NCBI GenBank assembly: GCA_902621305.1
Contig: CACNLM010000002.1
Span: forward strand, 681-64,680
Reading direction: 5' to 3'
From: an uncultured Alphaproteobacteria bacterium
GTDB lineage: Bacteria; Pseudomonadota; Alphaproteobacteria; HIMB59; GCA-002718135
Length of the DNA: 64,000 nt
The translations under genes were made by a program, and so were the position numbers. The first letter of the stretch is position 1. Each line of letters starts with the position of its first letter. Under the pieces are notes generated by a model, which was not told the origin of the DNA, did no database searches, and was given only the letters and a program-made list of their open reading frames with translations. Positions 50,874 to 62,419 of this stretch are shown piece by piece.

Positions 50874-51626
50874 ATGAATAATTACTCTGAGGAAGAATAT
50901 AAAATTTTCAGCAGGTTATTTATTTTGAAAGAATTTTCAGAAGTAAATCTAAAAAAATTATCTAATATAAAAATTGGTATTGTGGGTATGGGAGGTATAG
51001 GATGTCCATTAAGTCAATATTTAGTGAACTCTGGAATAAAAGAATTGCTAATAGTAGATGGAGACATTGTTGAAAAAAGTAATCTTAATAGACAAATTTT
51101 GTATAATTTAAATGATATTGGAAAAAAAAAGGTTAATGTGGCAAAAGACAAACTAAAATTAATCAATACTGAATGTAAAATTAATACAATTGATGAAAAT
51201 ATTAATTCTTTAAATTTAAATTATTTAGAAAAATGTTCTATAATTGTTGATGCAACTGATGATTGGTACAGTTCCAAATTATTAAATGAATATTGTCTTA
51301 AGAACTCAATCAACTTTTTATATTCCTCTGCATTAAGACACGATTTACAAATAATTCTTTTCAATAATTCAAATAAAAATAATCATTTATGTTTAAATTG
51401 TATATTTCCTAACAAAGATGATGTTGATCTTCCTAGGTGTAGTGTAGTTGGTATTTCAGGTATTTCTGCAGGGTTAGCCGGTTTGATTGCTGCTCAAAAA
51501 ATAATTAATTTTTATTTAAATTTAAAGGATGAAACTAATATAATGACAATTTCTGATGGAAAAAAATTAAGCATTGATAATATTGTTATTAAAAGTAAAC
51601 ATGATTGTTACTTAAAATCAGTTTAA
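50874..51626 (+). CDS. ThiF/MoeB/HesA-family adenylyltransferase
   Basis: VGMGGIG, D.VEKSNLNRQ, IVDATD, CLNC, PRC. Confidence 0.88.
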   Translation: MNNYSEEEYKIFSRLFILKEFSEVNLKKLSNIKIGIVGMGGIGCPLSQYLVNSGIKELLIVDGDIVEKSNLNRQILYNLNDIGKKKVNVAKDKLKLINTECKINTIDENINSLNLNYLEKCSIIVDATDDWYSSKLLNEYCLKNSINFLYSSALRHDLQIILFNNSNKNNHLCLNCIFPNKDDVDLPRCSVVGISGISAGLAGLIAAQKIINFYLNLKDETNIMTISDGKKLSIDNIVIKSKHDCYLKSV

Positions 51627-51665
51627 GTTAATTGATAAATACATAAAAAAAGTTTAATTAAAATT

Positions 51666-52172
51666 ATGAAACAAAATTCATTTACCTATGATCAACTAAT
51701 TGATTGTGCAAAAGGTGTCCTTTTCGGAAAAGGGAATGCTCAACTTCCAATGCCTCCTATGTTAATGTTTGATAGAATTACTTCAATAAATGAGACTGGT
51801 GGAGAATTTTCTAAAGGTGAGGTTATTGCAGAGTTAGATATTAATGAAGACTTGTGGTTTTTTGAATGTCATTTTAAAGATGATCCCGTAATGCCAGGTT
51901 GTTTAGGTTTGGATGCTATGTGGCAATTACTTGGTTTTTATTTAGGATGGCTTGGCCAACCAGGAAAAGGTAGAGCTTTAGGAGTTGGTGAAGTTAAGTT
52001 TACCGGTCAGGTATTACAAAAAGTCAAAAAAGTAACTTACCATATATCTCTTAAAAGACTTATACTAAGAAAATTAATTTTAGGGGTTGGAGATGGTGTT
52101 TTAAAAGCTGACGGCGAAACAATTTATGAAGCTAAAGATATGAAAGTCGGTTTATTTTCACCTGAGAAATAA
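51666..52172 (+). CDS. fabA: 3-hydroxydecanoyl-ACP dehydratase/isomerase
   Basis: [48 protein letters not shown]. Confidence 0.97.
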   Translation: MKQNSFTYDQLIDCAKGVLFGKGNAQLPMPPMLMFDRITSINETGGEFSKGEVIAELDINEDLWFFECHFKDDPVMPGCLGLDAMWQLLGFYLGWLGQPGKGRALGVGEVKFTGQVLQKVKKVTYHISLKRLILRKLILGVGDGVLKADGETIYEAKDMKVGLFSPEK

Positions 52173-52175
52173 GTA

Positions 52176-53393
52176 ATGAATAGAGTAGTAGTAACAGGTT
52201 TAGGCATAGTATCATGTATTGGTAATAATCAATCGGATGTTATAGACAGTCTTAAAAATTTGAAATCTGGTATAACAAGTGCAGAAGAGTATCAGGAGTT
52301 TTCTTTTAGAAGTCTTGTACACGGTAAACCAAATATAGATATTAGTAAGGAAATTGATAGAAGATTACTGAGGTTTATGGGTGATGGAGCTGCCTACAAC
52401 TATATTGCGATGAAAGATGCTATATCCGACTCTGGACTGGAGGATAGTGATATTTCAAATGAAATGACAGGTATAATTGTTGGTTCTGGTGGTCCATCTA
52501 CACAAAATTTATTTAAGTCTTCTGAAATTGGAAAGAGTTCAGGTTCAAAAAAAATTGGACCATTTATGGTACCAAGAGCAATGTCTAGTACAAATTCTGC
52601 AACTCTTGCGACTCCTTTTAAAATTAAAGGAGTTAACTATTCAATTACTTCAGCATGTTCTACAAGTTCACATTGTATTGGTAATGCGTACGAACTAATT
52701 CAGATGGGAAAACAAAATATTGTTTTTGCTGGAGGAGGTGAAGAGCTCCATTGGACTTTATCAATTTTATTTGATGCAATGGGAGCTTTGTCATCAAAAT
52801 ATAATTCTACTCCAAACAAATCCTCAAGGGCGTATGATGCAGATAGAGATGGTTTTGTAATTGCTGGAGGAGGGGGAACTTTAGTACTTGAAGAATTAGG
52901 GCACGCAAAAGCTAGAGGTGCTAAAATATATGGTGAAATAACAGGATATGGAGCAACCTCAGATGGATACGATATGGTACAACCTTCTGGAGAAGGTGCA
53001 GAAAGATGTATGAAGCAAGCACTAAAAGATATTAATGGTAAAATTGATTATATAAATACACATGGAACAAGTACTCCAATAGGAGATGTAAAAGAATTGG
53101 AAGCAATCAAAAATGTTTTTGGCTCCAATATTCCTAAAATGAGTTCAACAAAATCTTTGACTGGTCATTCTTTAGGAGCAACTGGTGTGCATGAAGCAAT
53201 TTATAGTTTATTGATGATGAAAAATAATTTTATTAGTGGTTCTGCTAATATTGAAAATCTCGATGATAATGCAAAAGATTGTAATATTCTTATAAAAACA
53301 GAAAATAACGTTGAAATTGAGCATGTTATGTCGAATAGTTTTGGTTTTGGTGGTACAAATGCAACATTAGTATTTTCAAAATATCATGCTTAG
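52176..53393 (+). CDS. fabB: Beta-ketoacyl-ACP synthase I
   Basis: [37 protein letters not shown]; fabA-fabB-fabI cluster. Confidence 0.95.
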   Translation: MNRVVVTGLGIVSCIGNNQSDVIDSLKNLKSGITSAEEYQEFSFRSLVHGKPNIDISKEIDRRLLRFMGDGAAYNYIAMKDAISDSGLEDSDISNEMTGIIVGSGGPSTQNLFKSSEIGKSSGSKKIGPFMVPRAMSSTNSATLATPFKIKGVNYSITSACSTSSHCIGNAYELIQMGKQNIVFAGGGEELHWTLSILFDAMGALSSKYNSTPNKSSRAYDADRDGFVIAGGGGTLVLEELGHAKARGAKIYGEITGYGATSDGYDMVQPSGEGAERCMKQALKDINGKIDYINTHGTSTPIGDVKELEAIKNVFGSNIPKMSSTKSLTGHSLGATGVHEAIYSLLMMKNNFISGSANIENLDDNAKDCNILIKTENNVEIEHVMSNSFGFGGTNATLVFSKYHA

Positions 53394-54159
53394 AAATAAA
53401 AAAGGGTTAGTATTTGGAATTGCAAATAACCATTCAATTGCATGGGGTATAGCAAAACAACTAGCAGAAAATGGTGCTGAAATAGCTATTGGTTATCAAA
53501 ATGAAATGTTATTGAAGAGGGTGAAACCACTTTCTGAAGAAATTAATTCAAAAATATTAATAGAATGTGATTTTAATAATAATGACTCAATAAATAAATC
53601 TGTAGAAATCATTAAAAGAGAATGGGGCACACTGGATTTTATAATTCATGCTGTTGCATTTGCAGATAAGTCAGAGTTAAATGGTAGATATGTAGATACT
53701 ACAAAGGATAATTTTATTAATTGTTTGGAAATATCATGTTTTTCTTTAACTAGTCTTGCAAGAAATTTTGAACCTGTAATAAATGATGGGGGTAGTATTC
53801 TCACTCTTACTTTTTATGGGTCAAATAAAGTAATACCAAATTACAATTTAATGGGAGTTGCAAAAGCCGCTTTAGAAACAAGTGTAAAATACTTGAGTGT
53901 GGATTTAGGCATAAAAAATATTCGTGTTAATGCAATATCAGCAGGACCTATGAGAACAATTGCTGGTGCAGCAATAAATAATGCTAGAGAGGTGTTTAAA
54001 TTTACAGAAGAACATTCAGCATTGAAACGAAATGCAAAACTAGATGAAATTGGAAAATCTGCTTTATACTTTGTTAGTGATTTATCTTCTGCAGTTACTG
54101 GTGAAGTACATTATGTTGACTGTGGTTACAATATTATTGGAATGCCCAATAAATTCTAA
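53386..54159 (+). CDS. fabI: Enoyl-ACP reductase
   Basis: [34 protein letters not shown]. Confidence 0.96.
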   Translation: MLRNKKGLVFGIANNHSIAWGIAKQLAENGAEIAIGYQNEMLLKRVKPLSEEINSKILIECDFNNNDSINKSVEIIKREWGTLDFIIHAVAFADKSELNGRYVDTTKDNFINCLEISCFSLTSLARNFEPVINDGGSILTLTFYGSNKVIPNYNLMGVAKAALETSVKYLSVDLGIKNIRVNAISAGPMRTIAGAAINNAREVFKFTEEHSALKRNAKLDEIGKSALYFVSDLSSAVTGEVHYVDCGYNIIGMPNKF

Positions 54160-54911
54160 AATTTTCCCAATAAATCTAAAGGATTATCAACAAAAATACT
54201 ATCGACACCTATGGAGAAAATATCTTTAGCTCTAGATAAATTTATATTTTTATCTGAATAAACAGTTATTGCCATATTGAATTGTTTAATTTTTTTTATA
54301 ATATCAGCCGTAACAAGATCTATATTTAATCCACAAATTTTTAAATCATGATTAATTGATATGCTAATCAAATCATCAATATTATATTCTTTAAAATCAT
54401 CTAATAAAAAACTACGTATAGATTGGGGGTAAAGTTTTGAAATTTCTAAAATAGAAATCATATCAAATGAGGAGAAAAAAATATCTATTTGATTAAAATT
54501 TTTTGTAATTTTATATATTTGATAAACATTTTCTTTTTCAAAATTTTTATTTGGTTTTAATTCGATATTTAAATTACCATCATTATTAGTACATAAACTA
54601 AGAATATCTTCTAACTTTGGAACAAAAATATTTGTATTTTCTTTATAAAAAAATTTTCCCGCATCAAGTTTTTTTATATTCTCATAATCATAATCAATTG
54701 CAAGCCCACTTCCATTTGTAGTTCTATCAAGTGTGTCATCATGTAATAAAATTGGAACTCTGTCTTTAGAAATCTTGACGTCTATCTCTACAAAATTTAA
54801 GCCTATTTCGAATGCCTTGGAAATAGATACTAAAGTGTTTTCTGGACACAGATCTTTTACACCTCTGTGCCCAATTAATTTAGGTAATTTAAGCGTTTTC
54901 TTCTGCGTCAA
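54156..54911 (-). CDS. Glycerophosphodiester phosphodiesterase (UgpQ/GlpQ family, cytoplasmic)
   Basis: [35 protein letters not shown]. Confidence 0.92.
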   Translation of the reverse strand: MTQKKTLKLPKLIGHRGVKDLCPENTLVSISKAFEIGLNFVEIDVKISKDRVPILLHDDTLDRTTNGSGLAIDYDYENIKKLDAGKFFYKENTNIFVPKLEDILSLCTNNDGNLNIELKPNKNFEKENVYQIYKITKNFNQIDIFFSSFDMISILEISKLYPQSIRSFLLDDFKEYNIDDLISISINHDLKICGLNIDLVTADIIKKIKQFNMAITVYSDKNINLSRAKDIFSIGVDSIFVDNPLDLLGKF

Positions 54912-56982
54912 CTGCTTTCATAGAAAGTTTTATTTTTCCTCTCGAATCGATATCCAGTACTTTTACTTTAACAATATCTCCTTCACTAATAACATCTTCA
55001 ACTTTCTCTACTCTTTCATTTTTTAATTGACTAATATGAACTAGCCCATCTGTAGATCCCATGAAATTAACAAAAGCACCAAAGTCCATTATCTTTATAA
55101 CTTTACCATCATAAATTTTACCAATCTCTGGTTCTTCGACAATACCTTTGATCCATTCTAACGCATCATTTCCAGATTTTTGATCTACAGCTGCAATACT
55201 CACCAGACCTTCATCATTAATTTCAATTTTAGCTCCAGTTGTTTCAGATATTTCTCTAATAACTGCTCCTCCTTTACCAATAACTTCTCTAATTTTATCT
55301 TTATTTATTTGAAGATTAGTTATTGTTGGTGCGTATTGGGAAATTGATTGGTTAGGTTTATCAATTGCTTTAGCCATTTCACCTAGTATATGGAATCTTC
55401 CATCCTTTGCTTGTGCTAATGCTTCTTCCATAATTTCAGCTGTAATACTGGTTATTTTAATGTCCATTTGTAATGAAGTTATTCCCTCAGAAGTTCCAGC
55501 AACTTTAAAATCCATATCACCTAAGTGATCTTCATCACCTAAAATGTCTGATAATATTACATATTTATCATTCTCTTTAATTAAACCCATTGCAATACCT
55601 GCCACTGGTCTCTCTAAAGGTACTCCTGCGTCCATTAAAGACATAGAGGTACCACAAACAGTTGCCATTGAGCTAGAACCATTAGATTCTGTAATCTCAG
55701 ATACAACTCTGTAAGTATAAGGAAATTTTTCTTTAGAAGGTAACATTGGGTGAATCGCCCTCCATGCTAATTTTCCATGTCCAATTTCTCTTCTACTAGT
55801 TGATCCGATTCTACCTACCTCACCAACAGAGTAAGGTGGAAAATTGTAATGTAACATAAAATTCTCTGTGTATTCACCATCAATTGCATCAATTCTTTGC
55901 TCATCTTGTCCAGTTCCTAAAGTTGAAACTACAAGAGCTTGTGTTTCTCCTCTTGTAAATAATGCAGAACCGTGAGTTCTTTCTAAAACTCCAGTTTCGC
56001 ACACAATTGGACGAACTGTTTTCGTATCCCTTCCGTCAATTCTATTACCAGTATTAATTAATTCTCCTCTAACTATATCTTTTTCAACATTTTTTATTGC
56101 ATCTGAAACTAATACTGGTGAAAGTGTTTCACTTATAAATTTTTCAGAAATTTCGTTTCTTAATGAAGATAATTTTTCTGATCTCTTTTGTTTTTCAGTT
56201 ATTTTATATGCATCTAAAAACTCTTTGCCAAAGTCTTTGTCAATTTTAAATGGTAGACTTTTAATTTCTTCATCTTTTTCTTTAAGATCCCAAGGTTCTT
56301 TCGCAGCTTTTTTAGCTAAGGAGATTATTGCTTCAATCACTGTTTTATAACTTTCTTGACCAAGAACTACTGCATCTAGCATTTGTTTCTCTGAAAGCTC
56401 GTGAGCTTCAGACTCGATCATTAGTACACCTTCCTTAGTCCCTGCCAATACTAGTTCTAGTTTAGAATTTGATAATTGACTCTTACTTGGGTTAACAACA
56501 AATTCATCATCTATAAAACCGATCTTAATTGCTCCAAGAGGGCCTAAAAATGGCAAGCCAGATAGAGTTAATGCTGCACTTGCTGCTATCATCGCTACAA
56601 CATCTGAGTCATTTTCCTGATCATGTGACATTACAGTACAAGTAACTTGGGTCTCATTTTTAAAATCTTTATGAAATAGAGGTCTAACTGGCCTATCAAT
56701 TAATCGAGAAACTAATGTTTCTTTTTCAGTTGGTCTAGCCTCTCTTTTAAAAAAACCACCAGGTATTTTTCCTACAGAATAATATTTTTCTTGGTAATTA
56801 ACTGTTAAGGGGAAAAAATCCATATCTGGATTTGCTTCTTTTGCAGCTACTACATTACACATAACTGTCGTACCGCCATAAGTAGCTATAACTGTAGAGT
56901 CAGCTTGTCTTGCTATTTTTCCTGTTTCTAATTTAAGTTTTCTTCCTGCCCATTCAATTTCTATATTTTTCACGTCAAACAT
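54889..56982 (-). CDS. pnp: Polyribonucleotide nucleotidyltransferase (PNPase)
   Basis: [47 protein letters not shown]; KH and S1 domains. Confidence 0.98.
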   Translation of the reverse strand: MFDVKNIEIEWAGRKLKLETGKIARQADSTVIATYGGTTVMCNVVAAKEANPDMDFFPLTVNYQEKYYSVGKIPGGFFKREARPTEKETLVSRLIDRPVRPLFHKDFKNETQVTCTVMSHDQENDSDVVAMIAASAALTLSGLPFLGPLGAIKIGFIDDEFVVNPSKSQLSNSKLELVLAGTKEGVLMIESEAHELSEKQMLDAVVLGQESYKTVIEAIISLAKKAAKEPWDLKEKDEEIKSLPFKIDKDFGKEFLDAYKITEKQKRSEKLSSLRNEISEKFISETLSPVLVSDAIKNVEKDIVRGELINTGNRIDGRDTKTVRPIVCETGVLERTHGSALFTRGETQALVVSTLGTGQDEQRIDAIDGEYTENFMLHYNFPPYSVGEVGRIGSTSRREIGHGKLAWRAIHPMLPSKEKFPYTYRVVSEITESNGSSSMATVCGTSMSLMDAGVPLERPVAGIAMGLIKENDKYVILSDILGDEDHLGDMDFKVAGTSEGITSLQMDIKITSITAEIMEEALAQAKDGRFHILGEMAKAIDKPNQSISQYAPTITNLQINKDKIREVIGKGGAVIREISETTGAKIEINDEGLVSIAAVDQKSGNDALEWIKGIVEEPEIGKIYDGKVIKIMDFGAFVNFMGSTDGLVHISQLKNERVEKVEDVISEGDIVKVKVLDIDSRGKIKLSMKAVDAEENA

Positions 56983-57004
56983 AATTTTTATTTATCCTCT
57001 TTTT

Positions 57005-57274
57005 TTAACCTCTAATATTTAATTTTTTTATTAAATCTGAATATTCAGATTTATTTTTTTTAGATAAGTAGTTTAGTAATTTTTTTCTTTTATTAACTAA
57101 GGATACTAATCCTCTTTTTGAATGATTATCTTTATTATGAGTCTTAAAATGTTCAGTTAAATTTTTTATTCTTTCTGTTAAAACTGCTATCTGAACACTT
57201 GCTGATCCAGTATCTTTTTCATTTTTAGAAAATTCATTGATAAGATTTTTTTTATTTTCTTTAGTTATCGACAT
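57005..57274 (-). CDS. rpsO: 30S ribosomal protein S15
   Basis: [30 protein letters not shown]. Confidence 0.97.
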   Translation of the reverse strand: MSITKENKKNLINEFSKNEKDTGSASVQIAVLTERIKNLTEHFKTHNKDNHSKRGLVSLVNKRKKLLNYLSKKNKSEYSDLIKKLNIRG

Positions 57275-57282
57275 CAGTTCTC

Positions 57283-58188
57283 CTATATTAATATTTTATT
57301 TGGTTTAAACAAATTACCATCTAATTTGCCTATTGAGACAATGTCCCCATTCTTAAACAAAAAAATATTTTTTTTATCTAAGTTCATTGACGAAAAATTT
57401 ATAATTTGTTTTTCATCAATTTTAATAGATCTCCCGAAAGATAAGTTTTCAATATCTAATTTTTCTTCAATTTCATAAGCCAAGATGTCGTCCAGCATAG
57501 AAATTGTAGTAGAGATACAATTAATTTCTCCGTGCATTTGTCCTATTTTTAGTAGATCGTCCAGTAAAATCGAGTTTTTTTCAATGAATTTTCCTACTTT
57601 TGATCTTTTCAATGAAGAAATGTGGCCATATGTTTTAAGATCTATAGCTAAATCACGAGCTAGACTTCTGACATAAAAGCCCTGCCCGCATAAAATTTTA
57701 AATGATGTTTTTTTTATACTATGGTCAGTAATATACAAATCTTGGATAAAAACTTTTTTTGGTTGAATCGTAAATTCTTTATGTTCTCTAAATAATTTGT
57801 AAGCTCTTTTACCATTAATTTTAACTGCCGAAACTTTTGGAGGTATCTGATTTATATAACCAATATAATTAATAATTTTTTTTTCTATTTCTTTTCTTTT
57901 GGGAATGTAATTAGATTCAAATAAAATTTTACCATCAGCATCATCTGTTGTTGTTTGAGTTCCCCAAGTTACTGTAAATTCATATTCTTTATTTATTTTA
58001 CTAATATATGGAATTAGTTTTGTTGCTTTTCCTATAGCAATTGGTAACACACCTTCTGCCATAGGGTCTAAAGTTCCCGCGTGACCAATTTTATTAATTG
58101 AAAATTTTTTTTTAATAATATTAATGGCTTTAAAAGATGTAATATTTTTGGGTTTATATAAATTTATCCAACCTTGTTTTGAAATCAT
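57283..58188 (-). CDS. truB: tRNA pseudouridine(55) synthase
   Basis: [46 protein letters not shown]. Confidence 0.96.
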   Translation of the reverse strand: MISKQGWINLYKPKNITSFKAINIIKKKFSINKIGHAGTLDPMAEGVLPIAIGKATKLIPYISKINKEYEFTVTWGTQTTTDDADGKILFESNYIPKRKEIEKKIINYIGYINQIPPKVSAVKINGKRAYKLFREHKEFTIQPKKVFIQDLYITDHSIKKTSFKILCGQGFYVRSLARDLAIDLKTYGHISSLKRSKVGKFIEKNSILLDDLLKIGQMHGEINCISTTISMLDDILAYEIEEKLDIENLSFGRSIKIDEKQIINFSSMNLDKKNIFLFKNGDIVSIGKLDGNLFKPNKILI

Positions 58189-58553
58189 TTCTTAATATCT
58201 CTAAGGACATTTTTGTTTAATAATAGATTTTCAATTTTTTCTGCCTCATCAAAAGTGTCATCTAAATAAAAAGAGAGTCTTGGAGTGAATTTTGAATTAA
58301 TTTTTGCTTTTGCAAGAAACTTCTGAAAAATATATTTCCTATCTTGCAAAATATCTAAAATTTCTGATTTGTCTTTACCACCAAGAGGCATAAAATATAC
58401 GTTTGCAATTTTTAAATCCTTAGACATTCTAACTAACGATATAGTAATAGATGCAGAATTAATATTTTCGTCAAAAAAATCTTCTTTTAGCAAACAATCA
58501 CTTAATAATGATCTTATCAACTCACCAAATCTAATTTGCCTCTGCGTATCCAT
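58185..58553 (-). CDS. rbfA: Ribosome-binding factor A
   Basis: RQIRFGELIR, MSKDLKIANVY, TPRLSFYLD; infB-rbfA-truB synteny. Confidence 0.93.
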   Translation of the reverse strand: MDTQRQIRFGELIRSLLSDCLLKEDFFDENINSASITISLVRMSKDLKIANVYFMPLGGKDKSEILDILQDRKYIFQKFLAKAKINSKFTPRLSFYLDDTFDEAEKIENLLLNKNVLRDIKK

Positions 58554-58565
58554 TGTAAAAAAACA

Positions 58566-60806
58566 TTATAACTTTCTACTTGTAGTAACTTCTTCAAATG
58601 TTTCAATAATATCACCTACTTTTATGTCACTGTAATTATCTAGCATTACACCACATTCAAAACCTGACTTAACCTCAGATACTTCTTCCTTAAATCTTTT
58701 TAGACTACTAATTTGTCCTTTATGAATTACAATATTATCTCTTAAAATTCTAATCTGTGATTTTCTAGAAATAAAACCATCTTTAACCATGCAGCCTGCA
58801 ATATTTCCAACTTTTGAAATATTGAAAACTTCTCTAATCTCAACATTCCCTGTAATGTTTTCAGAAATATCAGGTTTTAATAGACCAGTTAAAAGATTTT
58901 TAACATCATCAATGAGTTCGTAAATAATTGAATAATATTTAATATCTACACCATCTCTTTTTGCTATGTCTCTTGCATGAGGTAATGCTCTAACGTTGAA
59001 ACCAACTATAAAGCCTTTTCCAGAACCAGCTAAAGTAACATCACTTTCAGTAATTGCACCTACACCTTTATAAATAACATTTACTTTTACTTCATCAGTT
59101 GAGAGTTTGGTTATTGAATTTTCAATTGCCTCAGCCGAGCCTTGTACATCAGTTTTAATTACGACTGGAAGACTTGTTGCTTCTCCTTTATTAATTTGAG
59201 CAAACATTTCTTCAACATTAGATTTTACAACTGTGTTTTTTTGAATTTGTAGTTTACTTGATCTAAATTCTGCAATTTTACGAGCTATACCCTCATTTTC
59301 AACAACAATAAAATCATCACCGGCTAATGGATTAGAATCAAAGCCTAGAACTTCGACTGGTACTGATGGTTCAGCTTGTTTTATATTTTTACCTTTGTCA
59401 TCAATTAAAGCTTTAACTTTTCCCCATTCAGAGCCTGACACAAAAATATCACTTACTTTTAATGTTCCTTTTTGCACAAGTACTGTTGCAACTGATCCTC
59501 TGCCTTTTTCAAGTTTTGATTCAATTACTGATCCTCGAGCCTTCCTTTCTGGATTAGCTTTGAGATTTAGAAGGTCTGCTTGTAAATGTATTGCTTCTTC
59601 TAATTTATCTAAATTTGTTCCTTTAATCGCTGATACTTCTATATCTAATACTTCTCCACTTAATTTTTCAACAATCACTTCATGACTAAGCAATTCATTT
59701 CTAACTTTATCAGGATCAGCACCTGGAAGATCAATTTTGTTTATTGCAACTATTATTGGCACTTCTGCAGATTTGGCGTGAGCAATCGACTCAATGGTCT
59801 GAGGTTTAATTCCATCATCTGCAGCTACAACAAGTATTATTATATCAGTAGTTTTTGAACCTCTTGATCTCATATTTGAAAAAGCAGCATGACCTGGTGT
59901 ATCAATAAATGTAATTTTTTTATTATTATTATTTATTTGATAAGCACCAATATGCTGTGTAATACCTCCTGCCTCACCAGAAACTACGTTACTTTTTCTA
60001 AACGCATCAAGTAAGGAAGTTTTTCCATGATCAACATGTCCCATTATTGTTACTACTGGAGCTCTTTTAATCAGACTATCTTCATGATCTTCAAAATCTT
60101 TAATATCATTTAAAACATCTTCATCTTTAACTACAGTTACTCTATGACCTAATTCTTCTGCAACTAGTTGAGCCGTATCAGACTCTAAAGATTGAGTAGC
60201 ATTTGCCATCACACCCATTTTCATTAGAACCTTAACTACGTCGGCAGTTTTTTCTGCCATTCTGTTTGCTAAATCTTGGACGGTAATAAAATCAGGAATA
60301 GAAATTTCTCTAGAAATTTTACTCTCATCTTCATCACTTGCTGATTTTAATCTTTCTTTTTCTCTAGCTCTTTTTATTTTTGCTAGACTTGGAAATTTAT
60401 CAAATTCTTGCTCTTCTTGTTCTAATATTTTTTTTGCATCTAATTTGCTAAAATCATCTTCAAGCGGTCTGAGTGTTGATTTTTTTTGTTGAGTTTTTTT
60501 ATCTACATTTTTTTTATTTTTATTTTCAAAATTTCTATTTTTATTTAGGGTAGTAAAATTTGGTTGTGGTGAAGAATTAATTCCTGGTCTAGGAGTTCTT
60601 AAGCTGGATGATCCTCTAAAATTCGATTGGGTGGTAGATGAGCTTTTCTGCTGATTATTTTTATTTTTAAAAACAATTTGAATTGTTTTTTTGTTCCCAC
60701 TATTTCTAGCTTTATCACCTGCTGGACCAAGATTTTTTCTTATTTGTAATCTACCTGATGAGGATAGTTTGAGTGGCTTTTTTTTATTACCTTTATCTTT
60801 ATCCAA
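58566..60806 (-). CDS. infB: Translation initiation factor IF-2
   Basis: RAPVVTIMGHVDHGKT, GGITQHIGAY, DTPGHAAF, NKID, GFECG; TTG start. Confidence 0.98.
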   Translation of the reverse strand: MDKDKGNKKKPLKLSSSGRLQIRKNLGPAGDKARNSGNKKTIQIVFKNKNNQQKSSSTTQSNFRGSSSLRTPRPGINSSPQPNFTTLNKNRNFENKNKKNVDKKTQQKKSTLRPLEDDFSKLDAKKILEQEEQEFDKFPSLAKIKRAREKERLKSASDEDESKISREISIPDFITVQDLANRMAEKTADVVKVLMKMGVMANATQSLESDTAQLVAEELGHRVTVVKDEDVLNDIKDFEDHEDSLIKRAPVVTIMGHVDHGKTSLLDAFRKSNVVSGEAGGITQHIGAYQINNNNKKITFIDTPGHAAFSNMRSRGSKTTDIIILVVAADDGIKPQTIESIAHAKSAEVPIIVAINKIDLPGADPDKVRNELLSHEVIVEKLSGEVLDIEVSAIKGTNLDKLEEAIHLQADLLNLKANPERKARGSVIESKLEKGRGSVATVLVQKGTLKVSDIFVSGSEWGKVKALIDDKGKNIKQAEPSVPVEVLGFDSNPLAGDDFIVVENEGIARKIAEFRSSKLQIQKNTVVKSNVEEMFAQINKGEATSLPVVIKTDVQGSAEAIENSITKLSTDEVKVNVIYKGVGAITESDVTLAGSGKGFIVGFNVRALPHARDIAKRDGVDIKYYSIIYELIDDVKNLLTGLLKPDISENITGNVEIREVFNISKVGNIAGCMVKDGFISRKSQIRILRDNIVIHKGQISSLKRFKEEVSEVKSGFECGVMLDNYSDIKVGDIIETFEEVTTSRKL

Positions 60807-60808
60807 TT

Positions 60809-62347
60809 TTAATCCTTATTCTGTTCTTCAGACCAGAAACCTCTTGCTTCCATTATCATATTATTAGCTATTTCCTCATCAAGGTCTAATTCTTTTAAAA
60901 TACCTTCTTCTTTATCTATAAGTTCAAATGTAGCTAAATCAGCAAAATCACTAACATTTAGAATACTTGATTTTGCAAGTATTGCGAGAATACTATTATT
61001 CATACCTTTCAAATTTTTAAGTTTTTCATCTTTAATATTTTCTTCTATAAGTTTTTTATCAGACTCCTCTTTATCTTTTATAAAACTTTTTGACCTTTGA
61101 ATTATTTCTTGTGCTAAGGTTGAATCAAAACCCTCTATTTTTTCTAAGTTTTCTAAAGTTTCAGAAGCTATAGATTCAACAGTTGTATAACCATCTGTAA
61201 CAAGTAACTGTGCTATAACATCTTCAACATCGAGAGTTTCTGCTAACAAAATACTTTTTTCTTTAAATTCTTGCTGTCTTCTCTCTGATTCTTCATCTTC
61301 AGTTAAGATATCTATTTCTAAGCTAGTTAAGTTAGAAGCAAGTTTTACATTTTGTCCTTTTCTTCCAATTGCCAAACTTAATTGATCATCGGGTATTACA
61401 ACCTCAACTTTATTTTTTTCTTCGTAAAGAAATATTTTACTTACCTCTGCCGGAGCAAGTGCATTTGCCAAGAAAGTAGCTTGATTATCAGACCATGTAA
61501 CAATATCTATTTTTTCTCCTTGTAGTTCATTTACAACAGCTTGTACTCTTGAACCTCTCATCCCAACACAAGCTCCTACTGGATCTATTGTTGAATCTTC
61601 AGTAAAAACACTAATCTTAGCTCTTGAACCAGGATCTCTCGCAACACTTTTTACAGTAATAACTCCTTCGTATATCTCAGGTACCTCTTGAAAAAATAGT
61701 TTAGATAAAAATTGAGGATGAGTTCTTGATAAAAAAACTTGATAACCTTTAACATCATTTTTTACTTCATATATGTATGCTCTTACTCTGTCTCCATTCT
61801 TAAATGTTTCCCTTGGAATAAGTTCTTCTCTTTTTATGATTGCTTCACTCTTACCTAAATCTATAATTAGATTTCCAAATTCAGTTCTTTTCACTATACC
61901 AATAGCTATTTCACCAACTTTATCTTTATATTCTTCATATTGATTAGATTTGTCAGCCTCTCTTACTTTTTGAATAATGACACCTTTTGCATTTTGTGCA
62001 GCAACTCTACCTAATTCTATAGGTGGTAGTTCTTTAATTAAGAATTCTCCTAAATTTATATCTGGATTTATTTTTTTTGCGTCTTCTAAAAGAATTTGTC
62101 TAGATTGAATTTCTTCTTCAATATTTTCAACTACTTCAAGGTATGAATTTAGCTTAATATCACCAGTAGCTCTATCTATAGAAATTCTTATATCAATTTC
62201 TTGTCCGTATTTAACTCTAGCAGCTTTTTCTAATGCTAGTTCCATTGCTGAAAAGACTGAGTCTTGATCAATGTTTTTTTCTTGCGCTACATTAGATGCA
62301 ACTTGAAGCATTTCTTCCCTAATTACATTGTATTTTTTTTTTGCCAT
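60809..62347 (-). CDS. nusA: Transcription termination/antitermination factor NusA
   Basis: GRVAAQ.AK, LSRTHP, ARDPGSRAK, DPVGACVGMRGSRV, SLAIGRKGQNV. Confidence 0.98.
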   Translation of the reverse strand: MAKKKYNVIREEMLQVASNVAQEKNIDQDSVFSAMELALEKAARVKYGQEIDIRISIDRATGDIKLNSYLEVVENIEEEIQSRQILLEDAKKINPDINLGEFLIKELPPIELGRVAAQNAKGVIIQKVREADKSNQYEEYKDKVGEIAIGIVKRTEFGNLIIDLGKSEAIIKREELIPRETFKNGDRVRAYIYEVKNDVKGYQVFLSRTHPQFLSKLFFQEVPEIYEGVITVKSVARDPGSRAKISVFTEDSTIDPVGACVGMRGSRVQAVVNELQGEKIDIVTWSDNQATFLANALAPAEVSKIFLYEEKNKVEVVIPDDQLSLAIGRKGQNVKLASNLTSLEIDILTEDEESERRQQEFKEKSILLAETLDVEDVIAQLLVTDGYTTVESIASETLENLEKIEGFDSTLAQEIIQRSKSFIKDKEESDKKLIEENIKDEKLKNLKGMNNSILAILAKSSILNVSDFADLATFELIDKEEGILKELDLDEEIANNMIMEARGFWSEEQNKD

Positions 62348-62353
62348 AATTAT

Positions 62354-62379
62354 AAAAAAAAGGTGGGATATCCCACCTT
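62354..62379 (-). terminator. Intrinsic terminator/attenuator in the nusA leader
   Basis: Perfect 20-bp palindrome AAGGTGGGATATCCCACCTT (62360-62379) running into a T8 tract on the - strand, ending 6 nt before the nusA ATG. Confidence 0.8.
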
Positions 62380-62419
62380 AATAATACTGCGTATATTAAT
62401 ATTTTACAAAATTTCAAGC

